Shown in pieces: positions 29,143 through 39,746 of a stretch of DNA of 64,000 bases. The stretch lies in the UHGV virus genome UHGV-0098755; one strand, written 5' to 3'. The position numbers and the translations under genes were made by a program. Under the pieces are notes generated by a model. The model made no database searches. It worked only from the letters and a program-made list of their open reading frames with translations, and was not told where the DNA came from. Every line of letters starts with the position of its first letter. Position 1 is the stretch's first letter. This stretch comes from a virus.

Positions 29143-29345
29143 TATTCTTCTACGTGCTGTTTACGACCTTTCTTATCAATAAAGGTGTATTCAACGAATG
29201 TTCCAATGTAGTCTTTATCGACATCATGTGGACTATTAATTGGACATTTAGTACGGCAAATGCGTTCCCATTGACGAATAATTACTGCCTTATTCTTTGG
29301 GTCATACGGATGTGGATAATGTATATTCATAATAATGGTTCCCAA
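29118..29345 (-). CDS. hypothetical protein
   Basis: 75 aa. Confidence 0.4.
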   Translation of the reverse strand: MGTIIMNIHYPHPYDPKNKAVIIRQWERICRTKCPINSPHDVDKDYIGTFVEYTFIDKKGRKQHVEEYCLKVTWL

Positions 29346-29794
29346 TCAACAATCACAATTTCTAATTTAGAGGAATATGTATCTAAAATCCCCTCAATAA
29401 TATCCCAGTTCCCTTTACCTATGCCTGCACCAATCCTAGGCATATAGATTGTAGGTTTAATCAGTTTATTTTCACCAAACTCATTTAATTCTAACATACA
29501 ATTCATTAAAGCGGAATATTCAAAATTTGGCCCTGGTTGAAATTGAGTATAAAGATTAAAGCAGTAAGCTTTATGAGTCCTAAAGTATTTTTCATAGACT
29601 GAGTAAGAACCAAGTTTAGTTACATCACCCCATTCAGTCTGTAATTTATCAGCTTCCAAAATTTTAGGGAAAGCTTTGGTTAATTGACCTGCGACTCCAG
29701 CTTTCATCGTATGAAAACAATTGCATCCATGCGCAATATTTTTACCTTCAGTGAAAAGGGCGACAATATCGCCCTTGATATATTTTATAATCAT
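29327..29794 (-). CDS. macro-domain protein, TARG1/OARD1-like (putative ADP-ribose hydrolase)
   Basis: 155 aa; KGDIVALF...AHGCNCFHTMKAGVAGQL and MPRIGAGIGKGNW resemble the TARG1 blocks (HCIS..MGAGIA and MPRIGCGLDRLQW). Confidence 0.6.
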   Translation of the reverse strand: MIIKYIKGDIVALFTEGKNIAHGCNCFHTMKAGVAGQLTKAFPKILEADKLQTEWGDVTKLGSYSVYEKYFRTHKAYCFNLYTQFQPGPNFEYSALMNCMLELNEFGENKLIKPTIYMPRIGAGIGKGNWDIIEGILDTYSSKLEIVIVDWEPLL

Positions 29795-30138
29795 TTAGTA
29801 CTCAATCCTCGATTATAAGAATCTACCAAACGGTCAACCATTGAATGACAAGCGGCTTTATCTTTCTCCTCCGCAACTGAACATTCTAAGGTATTCCACT
29901 TTTTAGCATATCGTTTTAATAATGTATCGTTTTTGTATCTGCTTGATTTATCTCTTTCTCCGTCTTTATATGCATATATTAATTTCTGCGCAAATTCAGC
30001 TTGGCATGCTTTATTTTTCCCACAATAATCTGCCGCAGTGCGATTTACATATTCTCTAATTTCAGTATATGATGTATCTGCTGACGCAGAAGCAGAAAAT
30101 GAAATTAATCCTATACATAAAACCAAAATTTTAGTCAT
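29791..30138 (-). CDS. secreted small protein (signal peptide), T4 vs position
   Basis: 115 aa; N-terminal signal peptide MTKILVLCIGLISFSASASA; Cys-containing. Confidence 0.45.
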   Translation of the reverse strand: MTKILVLCIGLISFSASASADTSYTEIREYVNRTAADYCGKNKACQAEFAQKLIYAYKDGERDKSSRYKNDTLLKRYAKKWNTLECSVAEEKDKAACHSMVDRLVDSYNRGLSTK

Positions 30139-30676
30139 TTACTATTTCCAAAAGTTTATTATTTTTAAGGTAATTAGCCTTTTCTAGGACTTCAGAAGCA
30201 TATTTAGAACCAGCTTTAACATTCCATCCCGAATTATAAGAGGATATTGCTTTTCTTATATCGCCCTTATGTATATTTAACCAATAAGAAAGTTCAATGT
30301 ACGCCCAGGAAGCTGAATTGGATCGTTTATTCAACATTCTTTTTATTTCAGCATCGGTCATATTATAACCAAGTTCCTTAACTCTCGCTCGCATAGTAGG
30401 CAAATAATTTTGGAACATTCCGTAGGCGTGATGCTTTGGTTTAGATTTTAAATTAACTCCGCCAGAGCTTTCTTGCCATAAAATAGCAGCCATTATATGA
30501 CCTAATCCGCTCTTGTGGATATTTTTGTGTGTTTTATATTTTCCATCCTTAGAAAACTGTTCCCCGAATTGATACGCGTAACGCATGTTATCGAGTTGGA
30601 CATTACTGAAAGTATGCTCGGAGCTATGTGCCATCATAGAAATGGCCAATAGACCAGCGAGTAGTGCTTTTCTCAT
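30131..30676 (-). CDS. lytic transglycosylase-like protein with signal peptide
   Basis: 181 aa; signal peptide; SLT-like motifs QESSGG, GMFQ, SYNSG. Confidence 0.55.
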   Translation of the reverse strand: MRKALLAGLLAISMMAHSSEHTFSNVQLDNMRYAYQFGEQFSKDGKYKTHKNIHKSGLGHIMAAILWQESSGGVNLKSKPKHHAYGMFQNYLPTMRARVKELGYNMTDAEIKRMLNKRSNSASWAYIELSYWLNIHKGDIRKAISSYNSGWNVKAGSKYASEVLEKANYLKNNKLLEIVND

Positions 30677-30683
30677 GCTTACC

Positions 30684-31145
30684 TCATTGAGTTTTAATTA
30701 CTGCTTTAGAAGCCTTTCCTGGTAAACGACGACTGTTGATAATTGCCATCCTACATTGAAGTGACGGGTCTTTGAACTTCGCGTTAGGTTTACAAACTGT
30801 AAATCCAAGCCAAAGATTTCCATCTGTGATTTCTAAACGTCCAGGACGATATTCAACCCCATCAATAAAATCCTCGTCAATGTCAGGACGCGGAGGCATA
30901 CTAAGGAATTCATTAACTTCTAAAACATGGTCTTTTATTTTATGGAATAATTCAAAAACATATGTCTCGTCAATCTCCCGTTGAATTGCACGATCAAGAA
31001 GATGCTGAGAATATTTTAGATGAAACGATGAGACCCCTGCTGCTTTTGATGCCTCACGAATCTCATTGTTAATTTGACGAAACTCCGACTCAAAGTGACG
31101 ACGAAGCTTATTTCGACGGATAAAAACTTCTGTATTGATAGTCAT
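30684..31145 (-). CDS. regB: endoribonuclease RegB
   Basis: 153 aa, matches recalled T4 RegB. Confidence 0.8.
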   Translation of the reverse strand: MTINTEVFIRRNKLRRHFESEFRQINNEIREASKAAGVSSFHLKYSQHLLDRAIQREIDETYVFELFHKIKDHVLEVNEFLSMPPRPDIDEDFIDGVEYRPGRLEITDGNLWLGFTVCKPNAKFKDPSLQCRMAIINSRRLPGKASKAVIKTQ

Positions 31146-31170
31146 GTTATTCTCCTCTTAACTGATAGAA

Positions 31171-31204
31171 AAATTATACCACAGTCAAGAGGAAAAGTAA
31201 ACAG
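31171..31204 (-). promoter_or_regulatory. T4 early-type promoter upstream of regB
   Basis: TGTTTACT ... TGGTATAATTTT. Confidence 0.5.
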
Positions 31205-31525
31205 TTATTCTTTAAATCTAATCAATTTATTCATAGACTTTGAAACTTCTGCACGAACCTCATGTAGATTTTTGAGCTGTTCAAGACGCTGCTCATAGTA
31301 AGCAATTTCATCTTCTTCGAGACAGTCCTGTGAATCTTCTTTAAGATAACGTGCATAGTCCTGGAAAGCGTTACGAACTACTTCCTGGAAGTCATCAAGA
31401 CTTTGAATTTTCTTAGGAGCAACAGATACACGACGAGGGGCAGTATAATACTCATAACCAAACCCTGCGCTTAATTGAGCCATTAGTATTTTTCCTCTGG
31501 TTGGAACACAGCACGGCAAGCCCAC
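31205..31525 (-). CDS. hypothetical protein
   Basis: 106 aa. Confidence 0.45.
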   Translation of the reverse strand: MGLPCCVPTRGKILMAQLSAGFGYEYYTAPRRVSVAPKKIQSLDDFQEVVRNAFQDYARYLKEDSQDCLEEDEIAYYEQRLEQLKNLHEVRAEVSKSMNKLIRFKE

Positions 31526-31749
31526 ATACTGGCTTCTTTGAGTTTCGTTTTAGCAATAGTTAACTGATCGAGGCTTTCGGCGTAATTCTTCGCGAGTTCA
31601 TCATCTTCACAGCTATCAAATGCTTCCCAAAATTCATCGTATAAAGCATCAAAGATAAGTCCTAAACGAACTTCAGCGTCTTTAATAGCATTTACTTTAC
31701 CGATTTTTTCGTCGGTATGTGGCTTATAACCTTTAATATCTTCAATCAT
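31483..31749 (-). CDS. Acb2-like protein (T4 vs.4 family, cyclic-nucleotide sponge)
   Basis: Track ORF 31483..31785 trimmed to [11 protein letters not shown]...; resembles recalled T4 Acb2/Vs.4. Confidence 0.5.
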   Translation of the reverse strand: MIEDIKGYKPHTDEKIGKVNAIKDAEVRLGLIFDALYDEFWEAFDSCEDDELAKNYAESLDQLTIAKTKLKEASMWACRAVFQPEEKY

Positions 31750-31963
31750 ATTTGACTTCCTCACCAGTACATAAATCGTATTCAACTAAACGAATAGGTT
31801 CATGAATGCCATATCCTTGAACAGAAATTTCTGTCGTAGGATAAATTCCATTAATATCACCCATGTTCCATGCTTCGTTAAATTGCTGTTCGCCTGAATT
31901 ACTAAACCATTCGGCGAAAGCATTTAGCACATCTTCAGAACCTTCAATAATTATCTTTGCCAT
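31742..31963 (-). CDS. hypothetical protein
   Basis: 73 aa. Confidence 0.4.
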   Translation of the reverse strand: MAKIIIEGSEDVLNAFAEWFSNSGEQQFNEAWNMGDINGIYPTTEISVQGYGIHEPIRLVEYDLCTGEEVKYD

Positions 31964-32325
31964 TACAAACTCTCGGTAAAGGTACGAGCGATAACGTCGC
32001 GCTGCTGTTCCGGAGTCAGAGAGTTAAAGCGAACTGCATAACCGGATACACGGATGGTCAGCTGCGGATATTTTTCCGGATGCTTAACTGCATCTTCCAG
32101 AGTTTCGCGACGCAGAACGTTAACGTTCAGGTGTTGACCACCTTCAATTTTAACTGTAGGTTGTGTTTCAATTTCAATTTCACGGGCATGCAAACCATAG
32201 AAAATTTCTGGGTCTACAAAAGAGTCCTCTTTAAAGGTTTTAGAAACGATAATTCGTGCTTGAATACCATCTTCAAAATAAATAGTACCTTTATGTGTGC
32301 CTTCAAGAATTTGATATGCTTTCAT
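31963..32325 (-). CDS. autonomous glycyl-radical cofactor (GrcA/YfiD-like)
   Basis: 120 aa; C-terminal [28 protein letters not shown] glycyl-radical motif. Confidence 0.8.
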   Translation of the reverse strand: MKAYQILEGTHKGTIYFEDGIQARIIVSKTFKEDSFVDPEIFYGLHAREIEIETQPTVKIEGGQHLNVNVLRRETLEDAVKHPEKYPQLTIRVSGYAVRFNSLTPEQQRDVIARTFTESL

Positions 32326-32332
32326 ATAAACC

Positions 32333-32662
32333 TCAATTAGAAAATAAATTTATCCAAGATTGTTCTTTAATTAAAAATGGCTCAGAATCATATGCCATTA
32401 AACTTTGGGTGATTAGTCCTTTAAAAGGCCCATCAATAAATTCCATGGTAAAATATGGAATTTTATTCATTAGCCGTGCATTAGGAGCAGTGCACAAAAC
32501 TCTGCATCCTTTGAATACGCCTTTTTGTAATTTGTATTGCTTAGGATAAAATTCGCTCAAAATGTTATTTTTTGCCAAAATTTCAAAATGATTCACCAAT
32601 TTATTTTTAATAGTTTTTGGTGAAAAATAAAGATATTCGAAAAGCTGAGTGTCTGTCATCAT
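32333..32662 (-). CDS. hypothetical protein
   Basis: Track ORF 32333..32713 trimmed to internal Met to remove overlap. Confidence 0.4.
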   Translation of the reverse strand: MMTDTQLFEYLYFSPKTIKNKLVNHFEILAKNNILSEFYPKQYKLQKGVFKGCRVLCTAPNARLMNKIPYFTMEFIDGPFKGLITQSLMAYDSEPFLIKEQSWINLFSN

Positions 32663-33246
32663 TGCATTCCGATTACGAAAAACTGTGGACGAGTAATACC
32701 ACCAATGCAACATTTAATATTACAGCAGCAGTGTACAGTGTCAATATGGACACTATAAATCTTATCCATATCAGGAGATTTGACAGGCTCATCAATTATA
32801 TATAAAATTCGCGAAAGCTTTAAACCTCTGAACTTGCTTCCTTTATTACCGATAAAACTGCGCACAGAATCAGTAAATAAACGAAAACGTATATCATCAT
32901 TAGAATAACGCGAAAATTCCTTTTTGATGCTATTTGCAGAAATTTTAGCGTAAGCTGAAGTATTAGAAAGAACAATAACTGTTCCACCGTCATACAACCA
33001 ATTAGCGGCAAAATTAGTTACTGCAGTTGATTTACCGGATTGACGTCCACCATCTAGTCGAAGTGTGCAATACTGTTTGAGTAAGTCTTCAAATGGTGGG
33101 ATATAATCGTTTTTACAAATTTCTTCTACTCTAGCATCAGAATGGTGTGTAAAAGCATTCATCAGGGATAGATAAGGACCAGTTAAAAATGTTCTCATTT
33201 TGTTATCTCTAAATTTGGGCCATTCCGTGGCGCGTGAATTGTCCAT
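32659..33246 (-). CDS. P-loop protein with Cys-rich C-terminus
   Basis: 195 aa; Walker A-like GGRQSGKST; C-terminal HCCCNIKCCIGG. Confidence 0.45.
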   Translation of the reverse strand: MDNSRATEWPKFRDNKMRTFLTGPYLSLMNAFTHHSDARVEEICKNDYIPPFEDLLKQYCTLRLDGGRQSGKSTAVTNFAANWLYDGGTVIVLSNTSAYAKISANSIKKEFSRYSNDDIRFRLFTDSVRSFIGNKGSKFRGLKLSRILYIIDEPVKSPDMDKIYSVHIDTVHCCCNIKCCIGGITRPQFFVIGMQ

Positions 33247-33375
33247 TTCTGTATTTACCCATTACCGCACTTGGGCTCGACCTTATTACAGGTTGGCGGG
33301 AATCCCTCACAGAATCATGAGGTCCAGCTTGTTCCCATGTTATTTGAATGTAAATAGGCCTAAGTATAGGCCTTA

Positions 33376-33954
33376 TTAATTACCACGGGCTGCATTAGCA
33401 ACGGCATAAGCGTACTGAACATTAGCGTCCTTAAACGTACCTTTAGAGGTATCTATTTCTGCCTTAAAGCCGCCTTTAGCCATAACATCGGCAAATTCTT
33501 TACGGAAAGCCATTGCATCAAGACCTTTCCATGATGATTTGTGCTTAGCGAATTCAAGACCAGCGTAGTTGACAGCCTTAGCTAATTTATTATCAATGAC
33601 CCATTTACCGGCTTTAGGCACAAACTTCGGGCCTTTTTGTTTAGAGAACAGTTTTAAATTCCAGCGACGAAGGTCACTGTCGGCTTTAACAAAAGCTGCG
33701 TCTAAGTTACTAGCAACAACATCTTCAATATGAGCAAATTTAAGTCCGTCAACTTCAATATTTAGATCGTTACGCCAGCGAAGTCCTTCCCAAGCGAAGG
33801 CTTTAAAGTCGGAAGCCTTTGTAGCTAAGTACCGTTCAATAGGAGCTGTTTTAGGGTCAAAGCCGTTTCCCGATCGGTAGGTCCACTCATCTTTATTAAT
33901 GCCTTTGGCCTTTACTATAGAAGCTTCGGCAATAAATTCTTGATAGGTTTTCAT
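33376..33954 (-). CDS. ipIII: capsid-targeted internal protein (IPIII-like)
   Basis: 192 aa; N-terminal capsid-targeting sequence MKTYQEFIAEA with gp21-type I-x-E cleavage site; size as T4 IPIII; early promoter upstream. Confidence 0.7.
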   Translation of the reverse strand: MKTYQEFIAEASIVKAKGINKDEWTYRSGNGFDPKTAPIERYLATKASDFKAFAWEGLRWRNDLNIEVDGLKFAHIEDVVASNLDAAFVKADSDLRRWNLKLFSKQKGPKFVPKAGKWVIDNKLAKAVNYAGLEFAKHKSSWKGLDAMAFRKEFADVMAKGGFKAEIDTSKGTFKDANVQYAYAVANAARGN

Positions 33955-33982
33955 GTGTTTCCTTGTTTGTTTTGATAGAGTA

Positions 33983-34012
33983 ATTATACCATATTAATAC
34001 TTAAGCGTAAAC
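33983..34012 (-). promoter_or_regulatory. T4 early-type promoter upstream of the IPIII-like gene
   Basis: GTTTAC, 18 nt spacer, TGGTATAATTAC. Confidence 0.5.
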
Positions 34013-34015
34013 CGT

Positions 34016-34276
34016 TTAAGCTTTACCGCCAGAAATAATTCCGAAGTTGTTAAAATCATATCCAATATCGTCAACATCTACTTTAGGACTTGCTACAACA
34101 TAAGCAATTTCACTACGTTTTGCACAGGTGTTGATTTCTTTACCATCGCCACCTAAGAAAGAATACCCATTACGTTTTAATGAGCCAAAGTCTTCCGCAT
34201 CACCAATGAAAGCTTTAACTTTAAATTTAGAACCTTTGGCATCTGCTTCAACGATAAATTCTTGATACATTTTCAT
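34016..34276 (-). CDS. capsid-targeted internal protein (IP family, 86 aa)
   Basis: N-terminus MKMYQEFIVEA is a variant capsid-targeting sequence. Confidence 0.6.
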   Translation of the reverse strand: MKMYQEFIVEADAKGSKFKVKAFIGDAEDFGSLKRNGYSFLGGDGKEINTCAKRSEIAYVVASPKVDVDDIGYDFNNFGIISGGKA

Positions 34277-34411
34277 TTTTCCTTAGTAAATTGATTTACC
34301 AAAGTATTTGTACCAAGTCGGACGTTGATCAATTTTTTCATCTAAGCGTGCTTGATTTATCGCAATGGACGCTTCGGACGGGTCATAATTTCCTCCAAGT
34401 AGTTGATGAAT

Positions 34412-34443
34412 ATATAGTATCAAAACCCTTGGAGGAAGTAAAC
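34412..34443 (-). promoter_or_regulatory. T4 early-type promoter inside the denV remnant
   Basis: GTTTACT ... TGATACTATATAT. Confidence 0.45.
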
Positions 34444-34445
34444 AA

Positions 34446-35686
<1,241 letters not shown>

Positions 35687-35705
<19 letters not shown>

Positions 35706-36175
35706 TCAGTGATAAAGCTATTTAAATTTTGAGCATATTTCTTTTCATCATAAATCTTTTGCTGTCTGCGTAAACGCCATGGCATTTCAATGAACATACG
35801 CCATGTTCCTGATAATACTGCTGCTGTAAAAATATTAACAAGTATAGTTAAAAGAACCCAATCTCCTATTCTGTCCATTGGATTTTTTATAAAAAAGTAA
35901 AATACTAACGATGATATAGGAAGACTAATGATATACCACAGAAGAACCTTCTTATCTGTGAACCAATCAGCATTCGTTAACTTAGCGCGACCATTTTGAA
36001 TACACACGAATTTATCATCTGTTACCGTAAATGGCTTAGCTGCTTGATATCCCATTCTAAACTCCCTAATCAGCAAATTTTTCATATCTTCGGAACAGCC
36101 ATTCCAGTCAACTCTATCAACTGAAATGCCATCGTCCCCATCATCTAAATCATACCAGCGAGTTTTTAAAATCAT
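35687..36175 (-). CDS. membrane protein, paralog family with next two ORFs
   Basis: 162 aa; two TM helices then basic tail ending ...ECRKLK. Confidence 0.5.
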
Positions 36176-36534
36176 TTAATTTTCCTACAATCACTCACAA
36201 ACTCTTCCATTGATTCATTTTCAATATAAGACATGTAGTTATTATATTCTTTTAATTGTATTTTGTAATCCTTTTTTCTTTGCCAATTTATTTTAAAATT
36301 ATCATAATGAAAATATAGCATGGTACCAAAGAATGAAAATAATGTAATCGCTATAGTAAAACGAAGTTCACTCCAAACCTCTGTTATAATTGCTGAACCA
36401 TCGATGTTTAAAATAATACAGTCAATTAACAATCCAATAAGACTACCAGCAAGAGCTGCAAATACTGACACGGCAAGAATTAATAGTGCCTCGGGAAACG
36501 AATATTTGACTTTATTTAGTTTTGGCTTTTGCAT
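36172..36534 (-). CDS. small membrane protein (paralog)
   Basis: 120 aa; two TM helices; tail ...DCRKIK. Confidence 0.5.
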   Translation of the reverse strand: MQKPKLNKVKYSFPEALLILAVSVFAALAGSLIGLLIDCIILNIDGSAIITEVWSELRFTIAITLFSFFGTMLYFHYDNFKINWQRKKDYKIQLKEYNNYMSYIENESMEEFVSDCRKIK

Positions 36535-36929
36535 CGTGATTCCTTAACAAATTTCATAATTTCATTAAATTCATACTCAGCAAGTTTAAGCTGGTGTTCC
36601 TTTTTAATCTTTTTACACTGTGCTTTCCAATCACGTACACGTTTACGATAATGTCTTCCTTGATACCAATATCCTATCCAATTTACAGGTACTAATAAAA
36701 GTGGAACTATTAATGGAAGAATTAGCATTAACACAAGTATTTCGCCAGAATCAATATCAGTCATAACATCTAAAACACCTCCAATAATCAATAGAATTAC
36801 AAATGATATGAGTATAACAGGACCTATTAATACATCAGTAGGAATTAGCTGGCGTTTTAATTCATACTTCAAAGGTTTACTTGGAAGGTATAGTGATGGC
36901 TTTGACATATTCTCTACATTCCTTAACAA
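36516..36929 (-). CDS. small membrane protein (paralog)
   Basis: 137 aa; two TM helices; basic tail ...SRCKSQN. Confidence 0.5.
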   Translation of the reverse strand: MLRNVENMSKPSLYLPSKPLKYELKRQLIPTDVLIGPVILISFVILLIIGGVLDVMTDIDSGEILVLMLILPLIVPLLLVPVNWIGYWYQGRHYRKRVRDWKAQCKKIKKEHQLKLAEYEFNEIMKFVKESRCKSQN

Positions 36930-37485
36930 ATTTTTCTAGTAATAAATCACTTTCAAAATTAGGATTTTCCACTAATTTATCAAAAAGATCATCAACAATA
37001 TTCAAGATATTTCTTTTACTAAGAATACGTTTATTTTCATGCTTCGTTTCAGAATCAACTATAAGAGTAAAGAAATATTTCTTTCCCTGAAATTTTACTG
37101 TAGTATCAATATAGAATAAATTTGACTTTTGTAAGTTACGTTTAAACCATGCGTCACTTAAACTATAAACGCCGAGATAATCAAAATCGTCGTTTAAATA
37201 ACATACTGTCCATTCAGGAGAAATGAAATCAGTAAATTCAACATCAAAATCACACGTCAATGAATGAATTGATTCAATACTGTTAATAAGTATTCCAGGA
37301 CGTATTAAAGACTTTTTACCTCTAGAAAATCTTCCAGAAAGACTTTCATCAGTTTCATATGAAGACCCCCAATAGTAATTACGTCCTTCTGCCATACGTT
37401 TAAGAGCATTTAATAATTGGTCTGGAACATCAACTTGTCTTTGGAATTCTTCAAACATTGAATTGAAATCACTTTGCATTTTCAT
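36877..37485 (-). CDS. hypothetical protein
   Basis: 202 aa. Confidence 0.5.
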   Translation of the reverse strand: MKMQSDFNSMFEEFQRQVDVPDQLLNALKRMAEGRNYYWGSSYETDESLSGRFSRGKKSLIRPGILINSIESIHSLTCDFDVEFTDFISPEWTVCYLNDDFDYLGVYSLSDAWFKRNLQKSNLFYIDTTVKFQGKKYFFTLIVDSETKHENKRILSKRNILNIVDDLFDKLVENPNFESDLLLEKFVKECREYVKAITIPSK

Positions 37486-37526
37486 TCCTATTTACTCCAA
37501 GTAATAGGGGCCGAAGCCCCTTATCA

Positions 37527-38120
37527 TTATTTCAGAGAATTAATATATTCCTGAACATCGGCAGAGGTAGTTTCAACCCCAGAAATATTACCGTTAAAGG
37601 TTTCAACTCGAGCGAGAGTGTCTTCAATATCAACCTTAGTCAGCGCTGCAATTTCAACTACATCATCAGCAGTACTAATTCCAAGTGCATTCGCTGCACG
37701 AGTTTCACGGATATATTCCAATTTAACTGCAAGTTCTTGGCGAGCATCATCCAATTCAACTACTTTCTTGGCGATTTCAATTCGCATTTCAGCATAACCA
37801 TCAGCTTTAGTAGTCAACTGTTCAGCTGTTCGACGATATAGCAAACCGAGTTTAGCATGCATTGTTACATCTTGACCCTCGGAAAGAAGCTTGCGAATTT
37901 CACGCTCTTTTGATTCGGCCTGCTTATTCTTTTCAATAACAAGTTCACGAATACGTTTTTCTTCATTAATAGATTTAACAGAAGCAGTTTTTAGATCTTT
38001 AATTTTATCAAGTAGTTTTGCTGCTGCAGCAGTATACTGTTCTTCAACAGATAGATTTTTAGCCATAGCAGAACCAAGTTTAGTGCGAATAAACTCAACA
38101 ATTTTCTTCAGCATGTTCAT
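37527..38120 (-). CDS. coiled-coil protein, PspA/IM30-like
   Basis: 197 aa; extended heptad-repeat helices; weak resemblance to phage-shock protein A. Confidence 0.4.
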   Translation of the reverse strand: MNMLKKIVEFIRTKLGSAMAKNLSVEEQYTAAAAKLLDKIKDLKTASVKSINEEKRIRELVIEKNKQAESKEREIRKLLSEGQDVTMHAKLGLLYRRTAEQLTTKADGYAEMRIEIAKKVVELDDARQELAVKLEYIRETRAANALGISTADDVVEIAALTKVDIEDTLARVETFNGNISGVETTSADVQEYINSLK

Positions 38121-38162
38121 AGCATTTCCTTTAGTTAATTAAGGGTTTTATAATCCATGGGA

Positions 38163-38190
38163 GTATTATACTCCGGATAGTTTGTAAACT
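38163..38190 (-). promoter_or_regulatory. T4 early-type promoter
   Basis: GTTTACA ... GAGTATAATAC. Confidence 0.45.
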
Positions 38191-38342
38191 ATTTCAACAT
38201 CGCCTTTTGCTGCTTTATAACCTTCAGCCCAAGATACAACCGAGTTTTTATCCGAAGATTCAAATTCTGGCATTGGGCTTTCGCCAATGTTCACGCAGTA
38301 TGTTTCTTCATTTTCGTCAAACCAAATAATTAAAGTAGTCAT
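38166..38342 (-). CDS. hypothetical small protein
   Basis: 58 aa ORF read by hand. Confidence 0.3.
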   Translation of the reverse strand: MTTLIIWFDENEETYCVNIGESPMPEFESSDKNSVVSWAEGYKAAKGDVEIVYKLSGV

Positions 38343-38410
38343 TTATTTCTCTGTTTCTGTATTTGTTTTGATAAGTCTATAATAACACCGTCCTTGGTGT
38401 TTGTACACAA

Positions 38411-38674
38411 TTATTTCATATTATTGAAATATTCTTCAGCGATTTCGTCGTTATCATGGTAAACTTTAGAAGACAGTTTAACATAACTTTCAGCAGTGAA
38501 CATGTTAATCACAACCTTTACAGTATACCACTGACCATCTTCATTACCCATTACTGCATAGGTTTCAAACATCGGATGGTCAGGACCGATAACTTTAATA
38601 TCATTCACTGTACGACCGAAATCTTCTGAAACACATTTCATAAAGAAGTTGAACAGTTCGCCGTAATTATCCAT
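38411..38674 (-). CDS. hypothetical protein
   Basis: Track ORF 38411..38737 trimmed to ATG (MDNYGELF) preceded by GGAGAA. Confidence 0.45.
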   Translation of the reverse strand: MDNYGELFNFFMKCVSEDFGRTVNDIKVIGPDHPMFETYAVMGNEDGQWYTVKVVINMFTAESYVKLSSKVYHDNDEIAEEYFNNMK

Positions 38675-38713
38675 TTCGTTCTCCAAGTTGTTTTCTGTAT
38701 CAGTAGTTGATAG

Positions 38714-38748
38714 TTGTATAGTACCATGGAATGACAAGGGTGTAAACA
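38714..38748 (-). promoter_or_regulatory. T4 early-type promoter (conserved cassette)
   Basis: TGTTTACA ... TGGTACTATACAACTATCAAC. Confidence 0.5.
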
Positions 38749-38875
38749 GTTTTGTGAAAAAATTTTTAAAAAGTTTTAGGGAATTCTAGGGCAAAGAGGG
38801 GCAATTAAAGGATAGGATAATATATTAAAAGGGTAGAAACTAAATGATGCCTAGAGAGGTCCAGAAAGGCCTAGA

Positions 38876-38905
38876 TACTAAAAAGCCCCAACCTTTCGGT
38901 CGGGG
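38876..38905 (-). terminator. terminator hairpin at the 3' end of the tRNA/small-RNA transcription unit
   Basis: GCCCCGACC-GAAA-GGTTGGGGC hairpin then U-run. Confidence 0.5.
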
Positions 38906-39218
38906 CTAAGCCTTGCGGCAACCTTGTCGGGGTTCCACCTGCTAAGGCAAGTGTTTGTACGAAACGCCGGGATTCGAACCCGGTTATTAAGTAGTTGACG
39001 CTACTCAATATTTTTAAAAGGCCATATCTCGACCATATCCGAACGTTCCGTCAAAAACGCTACTCGGCTTACGGCAAAGATATTTCCTCGAATCGATAAT
39101 TCTGTGCGCCGTTTCTGCTGTGATGTAAGGGGACATTAACAGATCGTAAAGATTTGTTAATGCCAGTCCTTACCCAGGGAACATCAGTCCGACGACTTAC
39201 CGGTAGCGACCCGGTTTC
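38884..39218 (-). ncRNA. candidate stable small RNA(s) downstream of the tRNA cluster (T4 RNA C/D-like region)
   Basis: 335 nt without ORF; tRNA-like T-arm (CCGGGTTCGAATCCCGG on minus strand, plus 38964-38980); terminator hairpin at 3' end. Confidence 0.35.
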
Positions 39219-39569
39219 TTAGTATTCTTTTAAAGCATCAATCTGTTCACGGCGTTTACGCCATAAATCAATTGCCTCATACGCGGATTCAGCATTTCGA
39301 ATTGGTCGGCATTTATGTAAAGACTTGTGATTTTGATATTTTGTAGATAATGGAATTTTATCTAAAAGGTCTTTACGTTCAAAGTATTCGTAACCATCTA
39401 AACCAAATGAACGATTTTTGAGAAATTGCCAATGACCATATTCGTTTTGGATGTAAATATAATCCGCGTGTTGATAAAGCAAATTAGTTTCACGAGATGA
39501 GATATGGTTTTCATATTCATTGAAGTAAAATGTTAAATCATGAACTACTAAATAAACATTACCTTTCAT
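39219..39569 (-). CDS. hypothetical protein within tRNA region
   Basis: 116 aa ORF. Confidence 0.5.
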   Translation of the reverse strand: MKGNVYLVVHDLTFYFNEYENHISSRETNLLYQHADYIYIQNEYGHWQFLKNRSFGLDGYEYFERKDLLDKIPLSTKYQNHKSLHKCRPIRNAESAYEAIDLWRKRREQIDALKEY

Positions 39570-39587
39570 ATTTTCCTCACTTATAAT

Positions 39588-39663
39588 TGGTCGAGGCAGT
39601 AGGGATCGAACCTACGACCCAGGACTTAGAAGGTCCTTGCTCTTCCTTCTGAGCTATGCCTCG
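39588..39663 (-). tRNA. tRNA-Arg (anticodon UCU)
   Basis: Cloverleaf folded by hand: perfect acceptor stem, T-arm GGTTCGATCC, anticodon loop CUUCUAA, CCA encoded. Confidence 0.8.
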
Positions 39664-39667
39664 TATT

Positions 39668-39742
39668 TGGCGGACGTGATAGGATTCGAACCTATAACCA
39701 ATCGCTTAACAGGCGATCGCTCTGCCATTGAGCTACACATCC
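39668..39742 (-). tRNA. tRNA-Asn (anticodon GUU)
   Basis: Hand-folded; D-arm GCTC/GAGC, anticodon stem ATCGC/GCGAT, loop CUGUUAA, T-arm TTCGAAT, CCA encoded. Confidence 0.75.
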
Positions 39743-39746
39743 AAAT

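Noticed and set aside
33247-33375. Possible small RNA or regulatory element between the 195 aa gene and the IPIII-like gene
   Set aside because: Contains only an imperfect hairpin (AATAGGCCT...AGGCCTTATT), most simply the terminator after the IPIII-like gene; no promoter motif or conserved structure seen.
38760-38880. AT-rich segment with short TAGG-containing repeats upstream of the terminator hairpin
   Set aside because: Repeats are short and irregular; no ORF, promoter consensus or clear structure.
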